From assembly GCA_964593805.1 (NCBI GenBank), contig CAZQHP010000001.1:389283-453282 (forward strand): a stretch of 64,000 nt of DNA, in the 5' to 3' direction. Both the position numbers and the translations under genes were made by a program. Below are positions 60,651 to 64,000 of the stretch, in pieces. This DNA is from an uncultured Candidatus Saccharibacteria bacterium. GTDB lineage: Bacteria; Patescibacteriota; Saccharimonadia; Saccharimonadales; JBBQAJ01. Positions within the stretch are counted from its first letter, which is position 1. The number at the start of each line of letters is the position of its first letter. The notes below the pieces were generated by a model. The model had not been told where the DNA came from, searched no databases, and was given only the letters and a program-made list of their open reading frames with translations.

Positions 60651-61784
60651 TTAGGTTATGATTTTGGCGATTTCGGGGACTAGGCGTGGGTCTAGTAGGC
60701 TGGGTATTATATTTTCTGCAGTTGGGTTTTCGACCAGACCGGCGATTACTTCGGCGGCGGCCACTTTGTGTTTGTCGGTGATTTTGCTGACTTTATTGTC
60801 CAGTGCTCCCCGGAAAATACCGGGGAAGGCCAGGGCGTTGTTGACCTGATTTGGAAAATCGCTGCGGCCGGTGGCTATTACGGCCACGCCGGCCAGCTTG
60901 GCTTCGGTGGGCATGATTTCCGGCACCGGATTCGCCATGGCAAAAATCACTGGATTTTTTGCCATTTTTTGGATCATTTTGGCCGTCAACAAGCCGCCTT
61001 TTGAAACCCCTATAAAAACATCAGCATCTACCAACGCGTCTTCTAAACTGCCATCCAAACCCATTGAATTCGTAAAGCTCAGCAATTCCCGCTTTTCCAA
61101 AGTCAGTCCTTCGCGGTTGCGGCTCACAATCCCCTGGCTATCCACTGCCAGAATCATCGGCTTGGCGTACACGTCAAGCAGCTTCATGACCGCGGTGCCG
61201 GCCGCGCCAGCGCCCACCACCACAATACGGCAGTCATGCAAGTTTTTGCCAACCACTTTCATGGCGTTGATCAGTCCTGCCAAAACCACTACCGCCGTAC
61301 CGTGCTGGTCGTCATGCATAACAGGTATGTTTAGCGCGGAAATAAGCTCAGCTTCAATCGAAAAACACTGCGGGGCAGCAATATCTTCTAGGTTAATCGC
61401 CCCAAAACTAGGGGCAATGGCTTTCACGGCGGCCACAATTTCGTCCACTTTGTGGACGTCCAGCACAATCGGCACGGCGTCTATGCCCGCAAAATGCTTA
61501 AACAGCATGGCTTTGCCTTCCATGACGGGCAGTGCACCATACGGACCGATGTCTCCCAGCCCCAGCACGGCCGAGCCATCAGAGACGACAGCCACGGAAT
61601 TGTTCAGCCAAGTATATTCACGAGCCTCGTCGGGGTGCTCCGCCACGTATGACGATACGGCGGCTACGCCGGGCGTGTAGTAAGTGCTCAGCTTTGCCTG
61701 CGTGTCCAAAGTATCTTTGAGCGTAACCTCAATCTTGCCCTTCAGCTCTTTGTGCTTTTTTAGCGCTTCTTCCGCAAAATCCAT
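60651..61784 (-). CDS. NAD(P)-dependent malic enzyme (short bacterial form)
   Basis: LSTYYTPGVAAVS, VVSDGSAVLGLGDIGP and VVVGAGAAGTA. The ORF-track start (61802) is a TTG. The ATG at 61784 (MDFAEEALKKH) lies 6 nt after TATGAT on the minus strand. Confidence 0.9.
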   Translation of the reverse strand: MDFAEEALKKHKELKGKIEVTLKDTLDTQAKLSTYYTPGVAAVSSYVAEHPDEAREYTWLNNSVAVVSDGSAVLGLGDIGPYGALPVMEGKAMLFKHFAGIDAVPIVLDVHKVDEIVAAVKAIAPSFGAINLEDIAAPQCFSIEAELISALNIPVMHDDQHGTAVVVLAGLINAMKVVGKNLHDCRIVVVGAGAAGTAVMKLLDVYAKPMILAVDSQGIVSRNREGLTLEKRELLSFTNSMGLDGSLEDALVDADVFIGVSKGGLLTAKMIQKMAKNPVIFAMANPVPEIMPTEAKLAGVAVIATGRSDFPNQVNNALAFPGIFRGALDNKVSKITDKHKVAAAEVIAGLVENPTAENIIPSLLDPRLVPEIAKIIT

Positions 61785-61870
61785 GCACCTATCATACTTC
61801 AAACTACCCAGGGCTTAAAGTGTTGCAAAAGACTATAATATAGTATATTGTAAGTCACAATGGAGAATTT

Positions 61871-62470
61871 ATGAGTACATTCCAAGATGGTGGTTATGAG
61901 CGGGAGCTTGATGAAGTATTTTCTAGACGTCAAGCCGAACACCTTGAAGGTCTGGATAGTATATGGGCTGTAGCTGACAGTAGACTGGCTCAATATGCGT
62001 TAAATAGCGGCCTGTCCGCTGATGCTGTTGGAGGAGAAGCGCGCTATGATGAAAAAAGTGCAGCTCTTGCTTTTGCCAACGAAATGAAAGAAGTCCAAGG
62101 AATCATACGAAGCATAGACGATGAAGATTCAGGCGACGCAACAGCAAAGTCCGAACTTGTATATTCAAAAATGAACAGATTGGCACAGCTTGGGCCGCTT
62201 GTTGAGGGTGTTATGGTTTCTGGTTCAAGGTGGCGACAACTTTACTTTGCTAAAGACGAAGCTGATGAATTTGTCAGCAAAGGAAGCCCCTTTAGTAACA
62301 TGCCATTTCACGGATCACTTGCTGGTGCCGAAGTTGTCATAAAAGGAGACGCTCCATACGTATGCTTGGTTGTTGATTTGTCAGCCAACAATCCTCATAT
62401 GCATAACCGTACCAGTCCTGGCCAGAGAGTTTGGATACCGGTGGGTGGTCTTGAATTTCGCGTAGATTGA
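61871..62470 (+). CDS. Hypothetical protein (199 aa)
   Basis: ORF track only. No recognisable motif. AT-richer by eye. Confidence 0.45.
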   Translation: MSTFQDGGYERELDEVFSRRQAEHLEGLDSIWAVADSRLAQYALNSGLSADAVGGEARYDEKSAALAFANEMKEVQGIIRSIDDEDSGDATAKSELVYSKMNRLAQLGPLVEGVMVSGSRWRQLYFAKDEADEFVSKGSPFSNMPFHGSLAGAEVVIKGDAPYVCLVVDLSANNPHMHNRTSPGQRVWIPVGGLEFRVD

Positions 62471-62527
62471 CAACTTGTCATATAGGCGTTGCAAAAATTA
62501 ACAGAGTGGTGTAAGCTATTTTGGTCT

Positions 62528-63067
62528 ATGGAATCCGTAATTCGCAAAATTGAAGCAAAGTATAAAAAGGCACAAGTCGTTGACGTGCGGTCTGGCGATA
62601 CCGTAAAAGTGCACCAGAAAATCCGCGAAGGCAACAAAGAGCGGGTTCAGATTTTTCAGGGCCTGGTTATCCGAACCGACCGCAAAGGCAGCCACACCAG
62701 CCGCATCACCGTTCGCCGCATTGCTAGCGGCGTGGGGGTAGAAAAGGCCTTTATGCTGCACAGCCCGCTGGTTGTGAAGATTGAAGTTACCAAACGTAGC
62801 AAAGTCCGCCGCAACTACCTGACATATATGCGTGAGCGTACCGGCAAATCAGCTCGCCTGACAGGTATGAATTTTGACAAAGACGCTGTAAACACCGTGC
62901 AGGATGACACTGCCGAAGTCGTTGAAAAACTAACCAAAGAAGAAGCTACCAAGCAGCACGAAGCTGAAGCCGCTGAAAAAGCCGCCGAAGCCGCCAAAGA
63001 AGAAGCCAAAGTAGCGGCGGCACTCAAAGCGCACGAAGCCGCAGCCGAAGAAGCCAAAACAGAATAA
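62528..63067 (+). CDS. rplS: Ribosomal protein L19 with an Ala/Glu/Lys-rich C-terminal extension of about 65 aa
   Basis: The ORF track starts at 62489. The ATG at 62528 gives MESVIRKIEAKYKK...GDTVKVHQKIREGNKERVQIFQGLVI...VRRNYLTYMRERTGKSARL (L19 core). The extension reads AEAAEKAAEAAKEEAKVAAALKAHEAAAEEAKTE. Confidence 0.9.
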   Translation: MESVIRKIEAKYKKAQVVDVRSGDTVKVHQKIREGNKERVQIFQGLVIRTDRKGSHTSRITVRRIASGVGVEKAFMLHSPLVVKIEVTKRSKVRRNYLTYMRERTGKSARLTGMNFDKDAVNTVQDDTAEVVEKLTKEEATKQHEAEAAEKAAEAAKEEAKVAAALKAHEAAAEEAKTE

Positions 63068-63092
63068 AGCACTTGGCATTATTGTAAAATTT

Positions 63093-63121
63093 AACCATCC
63101 GCGGCGGCGGATGGTTTTTTT
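63093..63121 (+). terminator. Intrinsic terminator after rplS
   Basis: AACCATCCGC-ggcg-GCGGATGGTT followed by TTTTT. Confidence 0.8.
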
Positions 63122-63135
63122 GATACTATAAATAC

Positions 63136-63702
63136 ATGAGTTTGCTTGTTGGGATTGACGAAGTAGGCAGGGGTTGTTGGGCAGGGCCATTACTGGTCGT
63201 GGCGGCACGGGCAAAGCGCGATTTGCCTGATGGCCTGGCAGACTCCAAGACGCTGACCAAAAACAAACGAGAGGCATTGCTAGGGGCAATCGTGGATGCC
63301 TGCGACTTGGGCGAAGGCTGGGTGCAGCCGCATGAAATTGACCAGATAGGACTTACGAGAGCCATGCGCCTAGGGGTAAGCCGGGCGCTGATGGAACTTG
63401 GCGCCATGCTGGACGACCGCATCATCATGGACGGCCTTATAAACTACTGCCCCGCTGAGTTTATCAATGTTGAAACATTGGCAAAGGCCGACAGCCTGAG
63501 CCCAATTGTCGGTGCCGCCAGTATTTACGCCAAAGTCATGCGAGACCGTCACATGGCGCGGGCGGCGCGGTTCTACCCAGAGTACAGTTTTGAAAAGCAT
63601 GTTGGATACGGCACAAAATTACATCTGGACATGTTAAAACGATACGGCGTGACGCAAATCCACAGGTTTTCCTACAAACCCATTCAAGCACTCCTGGCGT
63701 GA
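63136..63702 (+). CDS. rnhB: Ribonuclease HII
   Basis: 188 aa. VGIDEVGRGCWAGPLLVVA, DSKTLT and the ADSLSPIVGAASIYAK blocks. Confidence 0.9.
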   Translation: MSLLVGIDEVGRGCWAGPLLVVAARAKRDLPDGLADSKTLTKNKREALLGAIVDACDLGEGWVQPHEIDQIGLTRAMRLGVSRALMELGAMLDDRIIMDGLINYCPAEFINVETLAKADSLSPIVGAASIYAKVMRDRHMARAARFYPEYSFEKHVGYGTKLHLDMLKRYGVTQIHRFSYKPIQALLA

Positions 63703-64000
63703 CCAATTTTCAGACAGGCCATGACGCCGAAAAACAGGCCGCTGAATTTATCAAACAACAGGGCTATAAAATTTTAGAGTTAAACTGGCGCACAAAATAC
63801 TGCGAAATAGACATAGTGGCCAGCAAAGGCCAGACAATCTACTTCACAGAGGTAAAATACCGCAAATCAGCCGCGTACGGCGGCGGCATGGAGTACATAA
63901 CGCCCAAAAAACTGAACCAAATGAAATTTGCCGCCGAAATGTGGGTCAGCAATAATAAGTGGCCCGGCGAATACCAACTGGCCGCCATAGAACTAACCGG
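63699..64000 (+). CDS. yraN: YraN-family (UPF0102) endonuclease-like protein, 3' end beyond the window
   Basis: The GTG start overlaps the rnhB stop (GTGA). My translation is VTNFQTGHDAEKQAAEFIKQQGYKILELNWRTKYCEIDIVASKGQTIYFTEVKYRKS, which is the YraN pattern (E.D.V......vFvEVK.R). Confidence 0.8.
   Translation, partial: MTNFQTGHDAEKQAAEFIKQQGYKILELNWRTKYCEIDIVASKGQTIYFTEVKYRKSAAYGGGMEYITPKKLNQMKFAAEMWVSNNKWPGEYQLAAIELT

Noticed and set aside
60871-61680. 269-aa + strand ORF overlapping the malic-enzyme gene.
   Set aside because: It is antisense to a gene with clear malic-enzyme motifs. The product is Ser/Thr/Ala/Pro low-complexity, which points to a shadow frame.
1-64000. Alternative genetic code (UGA recoding, as in some CPR lineages).
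   Set aside because: TGA terminates conserved genes at their expected ends (pheS, gatA, rnhB, the first metE gene), and no conserved gene needs read-through. The standard bacterial code fits.

Overview
The window is a gene-dense stretch (about 90% coding, mostly + strand) that reads like a reduced-genome, CPR/Saccharibacteria-like bacterium. That assignment is inferred from gene content only. TGA, TAA and TAG all act as stops, so the genetic code is standard. The recognisable housekeeping genes are: metK, typA, pheS/pheT, trxB, ppa, gap, rpiB, rpe, a split transketolase, fba, a PfkB kinase, uvrB, gatCAB, galU, dnaE, rplS, rnhB, yraN, rmuC, yajQ, a pilB-like ATPase, a malic enzyme, a ZIP transporter, an MFS transporter and an ABC exporter. 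One tRNA-Gln(CUG) is present. I saw no rRNA genes, CRISPR arrays, transposases or integrases. The findings I consider most worth a second look are:

1. A 1.7-kb islet without an integrase sits at the 3' end of tRNA-Gln. It is bracketed by a 23-nt copy of the tRNA end and carries an AbiGi-like gene plus a putative 2OG/Fe(II) oxygenase.
2. A 1.3-kb two-gene insertion is bracketed by roughly 145-bp direct repeats. The repeats consist of the promoter and first 30 codons of a trmH-like gene. An orphan tRNA 3'-end fragment lies nearby.
3. Two covarying SAM-I-type riboswitches control a split metE and metK.
4. Two 34-bp palindromes flank a PaaX/Cas2-fold regulator gene.
5. Small ORFs are wedged, with translational coupling, inside the pheST, tktN/C and gatCAB operons.
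6. An orphan 429-aa gene is translationally coupled to a TIGR00725/LOG-like gene.
7. A 169-nt element closed by a perfect 14-bp stem fills one intergenic spacer.
8. Promoter architecture is unusual. A -10 box sits 6-7 nt from the start codon at 13 genes, which suggests leaderless mRNAs. Five promoters also have a -35-like hexamer only 7 nt from the -10 box.

All family assignments come from motifs read by eye. No searches or computations were run.
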